Source: Collinsella aerofaciens (GTDB lineage Bacteria > Actinomycetota > Coriobacteriia > Coriobacteriales > Coriobacteriaceae). From it: a stretch of DNA of 24,000 nt. Positions 7,929 to 17,831 of the stretch are shown piece after piece. The notes beneath the pieces were generated by a model that was not told where the DNA came from, did no database searches, and saw nothing but the letters and a program-made list of their open reading frames with translations. The DNA is taken from assembly GCF_041537385.1 (NCBI RefSeq), contig NZ_JBGORS010000001.1:289835-313834 (forward strand), read 5' to 3'. Both the position numbers and the translations under genes were made by a program. Numbering within the stretch: position 1 is the stretch's first letter; each line of letters begins with the position of its first letter.

Positions 7929-10175
7929 CTATTCTTCGTTATTAATGTCAGCGTTAATAACGAAACGGTCCCACTCCTGCACTAGAGTAGCAACGCGGTG
8001 ATCCGTAACATCGTCTAAATCGTTTTGATTGGGATCCGTTTTGATGTAATGTGCTGCAATAAATTTCTTTGCCAAAGGTTCCAAGGATGAATACCATGGC
8101 TTCTGCCAAATTGACGAGACCATTTCATGGGTAATGCTTTCATCTCCACCATGAATAGACCCAAACATGACTTCGCCGGTATTTAATGATCTTCCTATCG
8201 ACATCTGTTGTGTTCCGAAAAGAATCTTTGCTTCGTCGTTGTCCATAAGAATATTTTCGAAATGATTCCAATTTGAGAAGTTGTTATCGGTGTCTATCGC
8301 TTGCCAGATCTTGAACTCAAAGACCGCAGCCCTTCGTAGCAGCTCCATAAAATTGCGATTCATCCAATTTGAGTATTTTTTACAAAGCTCGAGATAGAAC
8401 TCATCAATTAGAACAATCTTATCCAAGGCCGCGTTCTCACGATTTAGCCTCTCGTCTCGAATAAAATAAATTAAGCCAGCAAAATACTCCTCCTTTTCGC
8501 GTTCGATTGTATTGATCAGCCAATTGCTGAATTCAAACTTTCCAATGCGTTTTCCAAGTGCTTCGAATAGCCTCGTGTAAGATTCGATTGGGCTCAAGAA
8601 CAAGCGAGGAGCCAGAGCGTTGCCCTCTTTGCACATCAGAGTTAATACTTCTTCAGCTAGATGCAAACAGCGATTCGAATCTATTCCGGCAATGCCAATT
8701 ATTAATCTGCCTGCCAACTCGTTTTTTTCTTCATCTGAACGGAGGTTTCTGAATGCATCACTGAGTGATTTGGAATTTGAAGTGTTACAGATTAAATCGA
8801 ATTCCGTCTTAGAAGAACCGGATTCGAGTTTAGAGCAATAGAAAAGTTTGAATAAAGCGTAAGAACTAACTCGACCCTTAATCCTGGCAGTTTCTTCAAT
8901 TATCTCGTAACGACGATTGTGCTTTTCCGTCAAATCCAACCCTAAAATGTGCCTAGAAATACTACTAGGCTCCATTAAGCAATCTTTACAGGATCGACGT
9001 ACGGTGCTTTCGAAATCCTGATTAAACTGAGCAAGTTGATCACTAGTCCAGTTAACGACCTTTTCGCCAAACAAATAATCAGAGTTTTCCCAAAGCCAGA
9101 TGCTAAGGTTTGGCGCTAGGCACTGGATGGCAGACATGCCTAAGATGTCTGCTGGGCATATCTCATCATCAGTACGCATTTGACTTGTTATGGCGCTATT
9201 TTTAAGCCTACAGATGTCGCGAGGAACGCGAATTAGGGGAAGCACCACTCGAGATAGAACTGCGTGTGAATGAAGCCTGTCATCCTGATTCATCGAATCG
9301 GCAAACCGTGATTTAGCCTGCAGTTCGTGAACTATTAAATCAAGTTGAGGCGCTACGTCAACCTCGAGAAGCTTTGGCATTTCAATGGGGAGTTGAATTA
9401 TCTTCTCGAGATAACCAGCTCCATCCCCTTTTTGAATTTTATTTAGTGCGCGTTCAACAATAGAGCGATCGTAAGCAAGCAGATATACAACATGAGGAAA
9501 TGAGGCAGTTAGAGCAACTAGTTTAAATACTAGGCAAATTTCATCATCAGAAAGGCGATCGATATCATCAATGACAACAACAAGATTTGGATGGACTTTC
9601 TTCAGTTTTTTATCGATGTCATGCTTCTGGTCTTCGAGTGATTTGACATAACTCTGAAGTTGCTTGCCTAAAACCCGCGCTCCAATTTTAATAGCAAATC
9701 GACTTCCGACCGATAGGGCGACCCCTAGCGGTGGATTAGGAGACAATAGTAATGTAGAAAGAGATGCGAGGCTTGGATAGGAAATGCTTGCTGAATAAGT
9801 TGACAACGCTTCCCCGATGCTGTTGCAAGTTTCATTTTCTAGGTCAAAAGTGGTGCCCGTAAGTTTGATTTTTACAGAATTAAAAAATTCAGTAAGCAAC
9901 TGCTCTTGGGAGTTAAACCTCCAAGGGTTAAACCTAAGCACTTCGGGGGCATTCAAATTATGAGATTTTCTGTCGGATAGTTCAGATTCAACAAGATTTA
10001 TCAGAGAAGTCTTTCCGCTCCCCCACGATCCTCTAATTCCTATTGTAAAGGACGAGTCTTCGGCATTTGCGGAACAAATGCAATCTGCAATTCGTTCGGC
10101 TAACCTTGAATAGCTGTACATATCCTTATCGCGATTATTAATAGGCGTATCATTGGAAAGCCCTTTTGACTCCAT
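7929..10175 (-). CDS. KAP family P-loop NTPase
   Basis: IGIRGSWGSGKTSLINLVE (Walker A), VLRFNPWRFNSQEQLL (KAP FNPW motif), LVVVIDDIDRLSDDE (Walker B), DLPR-like VPRDICRLKNS. Confidence 0.85.
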   Translation of the reverse strand: MESKGLSNDTPINNRDKDMYSYSRLAERIADCICSANAEDSSFTIGIRGSWGSGKTSLINLVESELSDRKSHNLNAPEVLRFNPWRFNSQEQLLTEFFNSVKIKLTGTTFDLENETCNSIGEALSTYSASISYPSLASLSTLLLSPNPPLGVALSVGSRFAIKIGARVLGKQLQSYVKSLEDQKHDIDKKLKKVHPNLVVVIDDIDRLSDDEICLVFKLVALTASFPHVVYLLAYDRSIVERALNKIQKGDGAGYLEKIIQLPIEMPKLLEVDVAPQLDLIVHELQAKSRFADSMNQDDRLHSHAVLSRVVLPLIRVPRDICRLKNSAITSQMRTDDEICPADILGMSAIQCLAPNLSIWLWENSDYLFGEKVVNWTSDQLAQFNQDFESTVRRSCKDCLMEPSSISRHILGLDLTEKHNRRYEIIEETARIKGRVSSYALFKLFYCSKLESGSSKTEFDLICNTSNSKSLSDAFRNLRSDEEKNELAGRLIIGIAGIDSNRCLHLAEEVLTLMCKEGNALAPRLFLSPIESYTRLFEALGKRIGKFEFSNWLINTIEREKEEYFAGLIYFIRDERLNRENAALDKIVLIDEFYLELCKKYSNWMNRNFMELLRRAAVFEFKIWQAIDTDNNFSNWNHFENILMDNDEAKILFGTQQMSIGRSLNTGEVMFGSIHGGDESITHEMVSSIWQKPWYSSLEPLAKKFIAAHYIKTDPNQNDLDDVTDHRVATLVQEWDRFVINADINNEE

Positions 10176-10261
10176 AGTATTCCTCCAAATACTAAAGAAA
10201 TGGCTTGTAGGATATAAAACTGTTTAGGTTTTGCATCGAGTCCGCCTTCGACATTTCTGGT

Positions 10262-11860
10262 TTACCAGCGCACTTCACGTCGAAGGTTCATTAGCCCAGG
10301 CTTTTGTAGGAACTCCGAAGGAATTGCCTCCATTGTTTTCCCCTTCGCATTATGGCGCCAGTCGGCAAGCGGAATATAGCAAACCTTTCGTGCTCGCGTA
10401 AGCCCGACATAATGCATATTCAGAGATTGTCGATATGCGTCATAGTCTTGATTCTCGTAATTATAAGGAGGCATGAGGAACTTATAGCAATCAAGACAGA
10501 ACACAACGTCGAACTCAAGTCCCTTCGCCTTATGGTATGTAAGCAGGTTCACCTCATCTTCGCGGGCAGGCCGAAAACCACCCCTAAGCTCATCGACATC
10601 AGAAAGGACCTCACCGAGATCAAATCGCGCTTCCGGGTCGACATCGTTCTCAAGACACAGCTCTTCTAGGCTGCAAAAGGAATCATATAGCTCGATCCAT
10701 GAATCATCTGGGGCATTCTTTAGAGCCCGCAGAAGGTCGTTAGCTGTAAACCTTGCGCGAGGCATTTGCTCTGTAGGAATATACCTGTCGAGAAAATCAC
10801 CCACATAACCACTTGAGTACAGAAACGCCAGCAATTCCCTGAAGAATATGCGAGACCGGCTGAAGCTAACGTCCAGCTTCGTGGAAATAACAATCTTAGA
10901 AGGTATGCCGAGAAGTCCTGCGTACCGCTCGAGCATCATGTTGGATGTAGACAACAATGCGAACTCGTTGCGGCGCTCAACTTTGTATTGTTCGGTAATC
11001 ACATCTAGATGCTCACAAATGGTCTCGGCTATGTTTCTTTCGTCGCCCGATACCTTAACCAGCACAACTCTCTTGTCTTGACAGGCGCGAGAAGGCGCTT
11101 GCGTACCTAGAAGCCTCAGTGAGTAATCAACGATGCTCCGATGGCACCTGTGGTTTTCGGTAATCTCGAAAGTCTTGAAGTGTGGATCCGCAATCAGCTC
11201 ATTTAGGAAGACTGAAGACCGGCCGTCATATGCAAAGATAGCTTGATCCATATCCCCGAAGGCCACGCCTCGAATTCCGATGTTGACGAGTTCTCTGAAC
11301 AGCATGTGCTGGGCAAGTCCACAGTCCTGATATTCGTCGATGAACACCGCCTTATAGCGGGCGTGCAGGAAACTCCTCACGGCGGGGACGTGTTTCACCA
11401 TGCAGTAAGCGACCTCGCTCAAAGCCGAGACCGGAAGCACTCCCAAGGAAAGTGCGTCGCGGATAAGATCCCAGCGGTCCTCGTTGGGGTTTACCCAATG
11501 GTCTTTGATCCTCGACGCGGGAAGCGACTGGTCATCGTCGACTATATCAATTTCGACCATTCGACCAACGATATGGGGGACGAACTGCTGGATAATCATA
11601 GCAAGGCAAAAAGCATCGATCGTTCCGAAAAACGAATTGCCAGCACGCACCCCTAAGCCAGAGCACCTGTCCCTAAGCTCAGTACTAGCCTTCCTGGTGT
11701 ATGAAATGGCCACAACGCCCTGATAACTCAAAAGACGCTCAGATGCTTTGACTATCATCCTTGCCATCGTAAAAGTTTTGCCGCTGCCCGGTCGTGCCGA
11801 AATGACGGCGGACTCTTCACAGGCGATAACCTTGGCCTGCTCCTCACTAGGCTTAATCAT
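10262..11860 (-). CDS. gajB: Gabija GajB-like UvrD/SF1 helicase
   Basis: EEQAKVIACEESAVISARPGSGKT (Q motif/Walker A), AVFIDEYQDC (Walker B), LLTYHKAKGLEFDVVF, HYVGLTRAR. 532 aa, 8-bp overlap with upstream gajA-like ORF. Confidence 0.87.
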   Translation of the reverse strand: MIKPSEEQAKVIACEESAVISARPGSGKTFTMARMIVKASERLLSYQGVVAISYTRKASTELRDRCSGLGVRAGNSFFGTIDAFCLAMIIQQFVPHIVGRMVEIDIVDDDQSLPASRIKDHWVNPNEDRWDLIRDALSLGVLPVSALSEVAYCMVKHVPAVRSFLHARYKAVFIDEYQDCGLAQHMLFRELVNIGIRGVAFGDMDQAIFAYDGRSSVFLNELIADPHFKTFEITENHRCHRSIVDYSLRLLGTQAPSRACQDKRVVLVKVSGDERNIAETICEHLDVITEQYKVERRNEFALLSTSNMMLERYAGLLGIPSKIVISTKLDVSFSRSRIFFRELLAFLYSSGYVGDFLDRYIPTEQMPRARFTANDLLRALKNAPDDSWIELYDSFCSLEELCLENDVDPEARFDLGEVLSDVDELRGGFRPAREDEVNLLTYHKAKGLEFDVVFCLDCYKFLMPPYNYENQDYDAYRQSLNMHYVGLTRARKVCYIPLADWRHNAKGKTMEAIPSEFLQKPGLMNLRREVRW

Positions 11861-13574
11861 CGCCGTGACCCACAGAAGCCAGCAGTTGGAGTCTCCTCAA
11901 CGGCTTGCAGAAGGTGCTTTCCGCAAGACATCCCAGTTCGCTTGGATACTTAGAGATGAACGCATGCATGCCCTCTGCCTTTCGCACGGTCATCGCGGCG
12001 TAAAGCTCTTCTTGGTTATCCACTCCATAATGCTCTTCCAGAACTCCGCGGAGACCGCTTGCAATGAGATCGTACTCGAGGTCGCGATCTGAAAGATATA
12101 TTCCCTCAAAATCAAGGGCATCGCGCAGCTCATTCACCGCGGATGCAACTTCAACAGGGACAGCCGGTCCGCCATCCCATGTCAATGAATTCTTGATTCT
12201 CAGCCATAGCGCCTCAACGTAGGAACGTCCGAGCGATTCGACGATCCCGTATGCGCGAGCAACTCCGGCAAGCCTATATCGTTCCTTATTTGGGACCTTG
12301 AATACATCGTTATCAGTGCGTAATACCCAGGGAATCCCAAGCGCCTCGCAGCAAAGCACGTAAGGTTTGAAACCGATGCCATCCACAGAAAGAATTGACA
12401 GGTTTTCTCGGTCAAGGTCTATGCCGATTGCTGCTGCAAGGGCCCGGAAGAAGACGATTTCCGATGGTCCCTCCACCAAGAACACTCCGCGGCTGAAGAA
12501 CACCTCCGCCACAATAGGGTTAAGACGATAGCCCAAGGCATCGATTTTCCTTCTGAGCTCGATGCCGGAGCATGTGGGTTTGCCCTCGTTGCCCATCTTC
12601 ACGAGCGCGTCGGAAGCAAACCGCTCGACAATCTGAGGCGAATGGGTCGTCAGAAGAACCTGTCCGTCAATACAGCCGGAAAGGTACTTAGCCAATGCCC
12701 GCTGCTGCTGGGGGTGAAGGTGCGCCTCAGGCTCTTCTATGGCGACGATGCTTACCTTCTCAACAGGCTTTTTAATATTTCTCTGAGAAAGCCAAGTGGA
12801 GAAGAACAGTTGGTTGCTTCGACCCTCGCCGCCAAAAGTCAAGGGAACATCATCGGACAGATAGGCGAGCTGAAGGTTGTCAAGAAGCTTGCCCGCGTCC
12901 GTGTTTCCAGCCACAAGACGGGCCTCGCGTCCCTCGTTCAAGGCCGACATCCTGGCCATCTCATCGTTCACAGTTTTAAGAGCATTGGTTATGTAATGGA
13001 GCCCGTTAATTCCGTCGTTCAGCGATTCGAGGCTGCTTTGAATCTCTTTGATCGAAACGTCGTCGTCATGAGCATCGTCGTCGTTTCGTGAATTGCGTGC
13101 GGCCTCGAGCAGGGCAGTCTGGCTGCGCTTTAGGAAGCGGGCGGCGTCGCGGGTGCTGTTAACATACTCGAGCACCAGATGCTTGATATAGAAGCGTGAC
13201 TGTACGTGCTCGATGCCAAGTTTTTCATTTCCGACCAGAAACTTGTAGTCACCTTCTCGGTTGCAGGTATAACCAATAACAGTTCTGCCTTCGGCTAAAT
13301 TGCCGCCGAATGCGCTGATCAGGCAATCCTCGTGGACGTCGCATAATGTCGCAGTTATCTCCACTCGATCAGGATTGGTTCTACAGTTGAAATCGGACGA
13401 AGAAAGCTCGAAATCCCTCGCGGAGAGGCTAGGATCGAAAAGAATCCTCAACGCATGCAAGAAGTTTGTCTTCCCCGAATCGTTAGGCCCGAAAATAAGA
13501 GTCTTTTCCCCAAGTTCAACAACAACGTCGTCGAAGTTACGGAAACCCTTGATATGAACTTTTTCGATTTTCAT
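11853..13574 (-). CDS. gajA: Gabija GajA-like OLD-family ATPase/TOPRIM endonuclease (likely start ATG 13574)
   Basis: MKIEKVHIKGFRNFDDVVVELGEKTLIFGPNDSGKT (Walker A), VAIEEPEAHLHPQQQR (Walker B), LLTTHSPQI, TOPRIM VFLVEGPSEIVFFRAL and LRTDND. Preceded by GGCGGTGG. Confidence 0.88.
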   Translation of the reverse strand: MKIEKVHIKGFRNFDDVVVELGEKTLIFGPNDSGKTNFLHALRILFDPSLSARDFELSSSDFNCRTNPDRVEITATLCDVHEDCLISAFGGNLAEGRTVIGYTCNREGDYKFLVGNEKLGIEHVQSRFYIKHLVLEYVNSTRDAARFLKRSQTALLEAARNSRNDDDAHDDDVSIKEIQSSLESLNDGINGLHYITNALKTVNDEMARMSALNEGREARLVAGNTDAGKLLDNLQLAYLSDDVPLTFGGEGRSNQLFFSTWLSQRNIKKPVEKVSIVAIEEPEAHLHPQQQRALAKYLSGCIDGQVLLTTHSPQIVERFASDALVKMGNEGKPTCSGIELRRKIDALGYRLNPIVAEVFFSRGVFLVEGPSEIVFFRALAAAIGIDLDRENLSILSVDGIGFKPYVLCCEALGIPWVLRTDNDVFKVPNKERYRLAGVARAYGIVESLGRSYVEALWLRIKNSLTWDGGPAVPVEVASAVNELRDALDFEGIYLSDRDLEYDLIASGLRGVLEEHYGVDNQEELYAAMTVRKAEGMHAFISKYPSELGCLAESTFCKPLRRLQLLASVGHGDD

Positions 13575-13620
13575 TATTGAACCACCGCCGCAATTATCCC
13601 TTTTAGTTTCAGGCAACTAT

Positions 13621-14172
13621 TTATTCATTGCCGCCCACGCATCGCCGAAGTCTTTCACCCACAAGCGCCATGCATGCGGCATACTGAATTAAAAGTTCGT
13701 TCATTGCAGCGTTCAGCTGTGATTCGCTATGCGACTCATGCGTCACTCGGTGCGTTTTCTCTCGGTATAAAGTCATGGCGTCGTTCAGGTCATTTCCAGG
13801 TAAACGTGCACTGAGTAGAAGGATATCCTCTAAATAATGTCGCTGAGCTTCAGAATCATTGTCGTCAATAATCCACTCGATATAATTTCTTCCGGTCGCG
13901 GCATACTCCAGCATTTGTGTATAGCATTTAAAGTTTGCGCGCATACTGTGCTGAATCGTCTCTTGAAGACGTGTAAGGTTCTCCCTTTCGTATTGTCGCC
14001 AATCGTCCTTAAGCGTTAACCTTCTTTTCTTGTCTTCAAGCTCGTTTTGGTGCCTGATAGTCATACGCGTAGCGAGCAGTGTTACGCCGCCGCCAATTAG
14101 GGTGCCTACTAGGGAGGGAAGCATGGATGCAACTGAATCAAGAATCGAGACAAGAATAGATTCATCCACCAT
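13621..14172 (-). CDS. Small predicted single-pass membrane protein upstream of gajA-like gene
   Basis: 183 aa; N-terminal LPSLVGTLIGGGVTLLATRMTI hydrophobic helix, then charged helical/coiled region. About 46 nt upstream of the GajA start, same strand. Confidence 0.7.
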   Translation of the reverse strand: MVDESILVSILDSVASMLPSLVGTLIGGGVTLLATRMTIRHQNELEDKKRRLTLKDDWRQYERENLTRLQETIQHSMRANFKCYTQMLEYAATGRNYIEWIIDDNDSEAQRHYLEDILLLSARLPGNDLNDAMTLYREKTHRVTHESHSESQLNAAMNELLIQYAACMALVGERLRRCVGGNE

Positions 14173-14431
14173 CTTTGGCCCCCAATCAAATTAATAACCC
14201 GTAGTAAACCAGCTTGGTTTGTGATTTTACATCCTGAATAACCAACTATAGCCGTCGATACGAGCTCATTGCCGATTCCAGGTGCACCTACATCCCCTCC
14301 CCAACTCAGTCCAAAAAGTTTGCAGTTGTTGACTGACGTTACCGTAAAATTAACCCCACTTACATATACACGGAGTGTTGGCCTGGCGCCGCCTCCGGGC
14401 CTTGGCGCCCACCTTATCGAGAGGCACCGCT

Positions 14432-16379
14432 ATGAAACGAGTTTTTTTACCGCTCGCTCTGCGCAGTTCTTTGCGTATCCATGCTTAGCGCAGCAATACC
14501 TGTAAGGGTTTTAGCGGAAGAAGAACGGCTTCAAGAAAACACCTTGGAGCAGTCTGAGACTGGCGCAGCGGACAATTCGAGCGGCAGCATGACAGGCGAC
14601 ATCGATACAAGAGAGATCGGCAATGAGTCTATCAAAAATGAATCCGATTTCGCGAATCCAATTTCGCATCAGGCGGAACCTCAGGTTTCCCTAGCTTCTG
14701 ACATGTCGCCCGATTCGGAACAAGCCACAAAGGCCGCAGCAAATGGATATCAGCACAGCGATAGCGCCACCAGCGGCAGTGTCACCCTCACCGTCGAATG
14801 GAACGATCCAGTACTTGGACAGCCAACGACCTTCCATGTAAGCGCAACAGGTGGCAGTGGCAGCTATCTTTTCCGCATGGATGCACCCTCGTACTCCAAC
14901 CCCAACGAGTACGCCTACGAGTCGGTCGCCGACCCAAGCCGCGGAGAGTGGACAAAGTACACCGACGCGTGCGTTAGCCACGACTTCACGTTCACAACGA
15001 CGGCTAGCGGATCATACAACTTCCGCTTTTACCTCATGGACAAGGCGTCGGGCGTTTACTACTTGCCCACCAACACGTATATCCAGGTTGAAGATGATGC
15101 GTATCCCAGTGTTGCGAGTATTGTTAATAAAGCAGTGTCCCAGGCCAGGCAAAACACAAATGGTTCTGAATACGAAATGGCCCTTTATCTTCATGACTGG
15201 CTTCTAGATCAGCTTGAGTACGACAACTCGCTGAAGTGGTCATCTGCTGAGAGTGCCCTCACGCGCGGCCTAGGCACCTGTCAGGAGTATGAAAGCGCCT
15301 ATTCCAAGCTGCTCACCGCTGCCGGCATCACCAATTCAGAGACCCGCGATACCTATGATGTCCACACCTGGAATGCCGTCAAGCTCGACGGAAAATGGTA
15401 CCAGGTCGACTGCACCTGGGACTATACGTCCGATAACTTCTACGGCGATTTAGATCAGCGTCATTTGTACTGCTGCCTCATCGACGAGCTCATGGCAATC
15501 GCGCATCCGGGGCACGAAAATATTTATACCGCCGACAGCTACGCTACACGTTCTACCAGTCTTAAAGATAACTACTTTATACGTAATGGTAAGGATGATG
15601 AGTGGGCCGCAGGTATGTCGAACGAATTCAGAAAGACCTTGACTTTCGCGATGAGGGCTTCTCTATCGATGCCGACAACCAGTCCTTCCCGCCCAGCATC
15701 AGCGGCATCCAGAACGGCATTATCGTCTGCGCCATGAATCAACGCGAGTGGAAGGCAGACGACACCAAGGCCTACCTCACCGCCGCTTCCAACGTCACCA
15801 TGACATCAAGCAACAAGTGGACCGCAAAGTATGACTTCATAAAGCACATACCAAGGTGAGGCAGCAAAACCGGTACAAATCGTCCCCGACGGCGAGTACG
15901 AGATAGAAAAAGCCGGGTCGGGCATGACGATGCTAGACATCTCGGGCTGTTCGCCGGAGAACGGAGCGAACGCCCAGCTCTGGAATCGCAACGGGTCCGG
16001 AGCTGGGCGCTTCAGACTCACCTATGACAGCAGGTTCGGCGCGTACAAGATCGTTTGCTCCGGGACCGGCCTAGCACTCGACGTGAAGAGCGCCAACTTC
16101 TCCTCGGGGGCTAACGTCCAGCAGTTTTCCAGGAACGGCACCGCCGCCCAGAGATGGGTAATAGAGGCGCGCAAGGACGGTGCATACGCGATAGATTCAG
16201 CAGGCAACCCCAGCCTGGCCCTCAACGCGAAATGGGTCTCCACTTCGGACGACACAAACGTGCGCATCTTCACGGCAAGCGGAGCCTCCGCGCAGGGCTG
16301 GAAGCTAGTGTCTATAGCAAATAAAACTGATAAGGTTAGATTAGACAAATCAACCCTAATCAATGAAATATGGATTTAA
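14432..16379 (+). pseudogene. Frame-disrupted secreted transglutaminase-like protein with C-terminal ricin B-type lectin domain
   Basis: GLGTCQEYESAYSKLLTAAGI, YDVHTWNAVKLDGKWYQVDCTWD (Cys-His-Asp). C-terminal repeats NAQLWNRNGSGAGRFRL, NVQQFSRNGTAAQRWVI, NVRIFTASGASAQGWKLV. Reading frame shifts at the signal peptide (T7), ~15625 and ~15845. Confidence 0.75.
14442..14448 (+). repeat. T7 homopolymer within the signal peptide coding region
   Basis: ATGAAACGAGTTTTTTTACC. With T6 the frame reads MKRVFYRSLCAVLCVSMLSAAIPVRVLAEEE and joins the main ORF. Confidence 0.8.
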
Positions 16380-16430
16380 CGGGTAAGATAGCGCGTGTTA
16401 TTTTACCCGCTCCAAGTAGCGTGAATTGCG

Positions 16431-16655
16431 TCAGCCATCTGGATATGGAGCCCTACCTTTCCGGTCCAAGTGCCCGGCTGCCATGGCGAGCAGGCGGTTC
16501 CGCCATTCGGAGATGGTCTTGTTGTTGGCGCCGCACAGCTCGGCCTCGTACTCAACTGGGACGCGAGGCGCTTGGACGTGAAGAAGAGCATCCCGACACG
16601 GGCGGCTTGAGGAGCGCTCAAGAGCAATGCCCATTAGAGGGACGAATCTTCTCAC
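16431..16655 (-). pseudogene. Possible transposase remnant
   Basis: Fragment VPVEYEAELCGANNKTISEWRNRLLAMAAGHLD resembles the N-terminal helix-turn-helix region of DDE transposases. No catalytic part found. Confidence 0.3.
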
Positions 16656-16711
16656 TCATGAGCGGCAGTTTCTTTGTCGACATCCTCGCCGAACAACGGG
16701 AGCTCGTCAGC

Positions 16712-16748
16712 GGAGCGACCCGTCGCGAGCATCTCGAGGGGTCGCTCC
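16712..16748. repeat. Strong hairpin: GGAGCGACCC ... GGGTCGCTCC with inner CGAG-CAT-CTCG stem
   Basis: Perfect 10-bp inverted repeat 16712-16721 / 16739-16748, followed on + by TTTC; terminator-like or IS-end-like. Confidence 0.65.
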
Positions 16749-16918
16749 TTTCATATCCATCTGTTCCATTCACCCGAGTGTCAACCGAAGGAATTGTCGA
16801 CAAATATAGATTCGGGTGAGCATTCGGGCACATTCTCTATTTGGCTGAAGAGCATAGCATTCGGGGGCCATGCGACCGCCGAATCATAAACTGCTATTTA
16901 AACTGTTAGAAAAAAGAT

Positions 16919-17824
16919 CTATCCAACCATTGATTCAATAGCTTTGACGATATCGCTATCGATTTCTGAATCGAATTTGCGCGCGAACATCATTCTTGAA
17001 TTCCTGATGAGTTCTAAGTCTGCAATTCCCGACACACGGGGTGACTCATCAGCACCCCAATCGATAAGCCGCATTATCGCATCATCCCTTTGATCGCCGG
17101 GGCTCGAAAGCATCTAAATCTACTCCCCGCATCCCAAACCTCAGTTTGCAGGAAGATTCCATTGCCGCACATAGAATCCCAGAAAACCGAACGTATCGAC
17201 GAGGCATTCTTGACAAGGTAACGAGCGAGGCCAACGGTGATTGAAAACCAGTTGTCACCTTTCATCAATTCCAAGTCTCTAGCAGGCTTCCTAAAACTCT
17301 GCAAAAGACTCGATAGAAGGCCATCCATCTTTCGTAAGAAAACCTGAGATTTGCTTATCCCGAAAGTATTCTAGATAACATGCTCACCGATTCTTCTCCG
17401 ATAGTCCCTGTTGTGGTTTTCGAAGCGAATGGACTCTTTATTTCCACAAGAGTCAAAGAATGAGTGAATCTGGTCCTGACTTTAAATAGAAAGATCTTGA
17501 CCGCTCAAAAGGTGAGAATAGGAATAGTGTCCCTTTGCAACTGCGGAGTTGAGAAAGTTGAGTTCACAGGCGATTTGCGAATACGCGCCCCAAGTGACTC
17601 TGATACGAGGAATTAAAAAGATCCCCGTCTTACTGACAAAAGCCAACAAGCGATTTTCTTTCCATCCGCTTTTTTGCATCCATAGGGATGAAGATGTCGT
17701 TTCGTTCATTATCGAGGGCTCTCATCAGGGTGTGAAGAACCTCATTGTCCTTATGAGCCATAACAAGGAAAGCGTGTTTGCCCCCAGTCGCATCGGAGCG
17801 AGTTGGCATTGGTATACAAACTTC
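16919..17824 (-). pseudogene. Degraded GT14 (core-2/I-branching-type) glycosyltransferase
   Basis: Ordered family-like blocks in changing frames: KHAFLVMAHKDNEVLHTLMRALDNERNDIFIPMDAK; IRVTWGAYSQIACELNFLNSA..YSYSHLLSGQDLSI*SQDQIHSFFDSCG; GDNWFSITVGLARYLVKN; CGNGIFLQTE; MRLIDWGADESP...FARKFDSEIDSDIVKAI. Confidence 0.75.
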
Positions 17825-17831
17825 CATATGT

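Noticed and set aside
12642-13091. 149-aa plus-strand ORF inside the GajA-like gene
   Set aside because: Antisense to motif-rich coding sequence; no recognisable domain.
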